Assembly (NCBI GenBank): GCA_013213915.1
Contig: JABSRK010000004.1
Location: 1-38,865, forward strand
Reading direction: 5' to 3'
Length of the DNA stretch: 38,865 bases
Source: Planctomycetota bacterium
GTDB taxonomy: Bacteria; Planctomycetota; GCA-002687715
Below the pieces are notes generated by a model. That model worked only from the letters and a program-made list of their open reading frames with translations. It searched no databases and was not told the origin of the DNA. The position numbers and the translations under genes were made by a program. Below are positions 38,803 to 38,865 of the stretch, piece after piece (the stretch's first letter is position 1; each line of letters opens with the position of its first letter).

Positions 38803-38865
38803 ATGGAGATCGCAATGATGCGTGCGTTGGCCTTGATCCTCGTCTGCCTGTCTTCCGCTACGGCA
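38803..38865 (+). CDS. start of a secreted/membrane protein (signal-peptide-like), truncated by the window edge
   Basis: ATG at 38803 or 38815, translating as (MEIA)MMRALALILVCLSSATA... Only about 20 codons are visible. Confidence 0.3.
   Translation, partial: MEIAMMRALALILVCLSSATA

Noticed and set aside
1-38865. Looked for CRISPR arrays, tRNA/rRNA genes, IS/transposase or integrase genes, phage or defence-system genes, and long direct repeats.
   Set aside because: I recognised none by eye. The only repeated elements seen are the short palindromes and motifs reported above.

Overview
High-GC (roughly two-thirds G+C by eye) bacterial chromosome segment, almost entirely a flagellar gene cluster of a diderm organism, since L- and P-ring genes are present. 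I cannot assign the taxon from sequence alone. Left to right: a CheC-like/pseudo-receiver gene, then fliM-fliN plus a small 4-TM gene on the minus strand, then an SDR gene. A long plus-strand export operon follows: fliO-fliP-fliQ-fliR-flhB-flhA, a small membrane ORF, fliA, a small Cys protein and two lipoproteins. A housekeeping prephenate dehydrogenase/chorismate mutase gene comes next, then a short flagellin gene and flgM on the minus strand. The hook operon is fliK-flgD-flgE, a PilZ-like membrane protein and a TPR plus 2x GT2 glycosyltransferase. The rod/ring/junction operon is flgF-flgG-flgA-flgH-flgI, a flgJ-like rod-binding gene, flgN-flgK-flgL and a GNAT. The right end holds a methyltransferase-like gene, an RmlC-like epimerase, a large secreted protein and a class-I glutamine amidotransferase/peptidase C26 gene. 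Many adjacent genes overlap by ATGA or TGATG, which suggests translational coupling. No tRNA, rRNA, CRISPR array or IS element was recognised. The observations most worth follow-up: (1) near-consensus sigma-54 -24/-12 promoters abut the start codons of the fliO and fliK operons; (2) a CGGAA-N5-TTCCG palindrome occurs four times, only in two flagellar intergenic regions; (3) an in-frame TAG splits flgK just upstream of a conserved Flagellin_IN-type motif; (4) two strong minus-strand intrinsic terminators have no recognisable gene upstream of them, so ncRNAs are possible; (5) several unassigned genes sit inside flagellar operons: a CheC-like/pseudo-REC fusion, a TM-anchored PilZ-like protein, the TPR-GT2-GT2 enzyme, two lipoproteins after fliA, and a GNAT coupled to flgL. 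All functional calls rest on motif recognition by eye; no database search was run.
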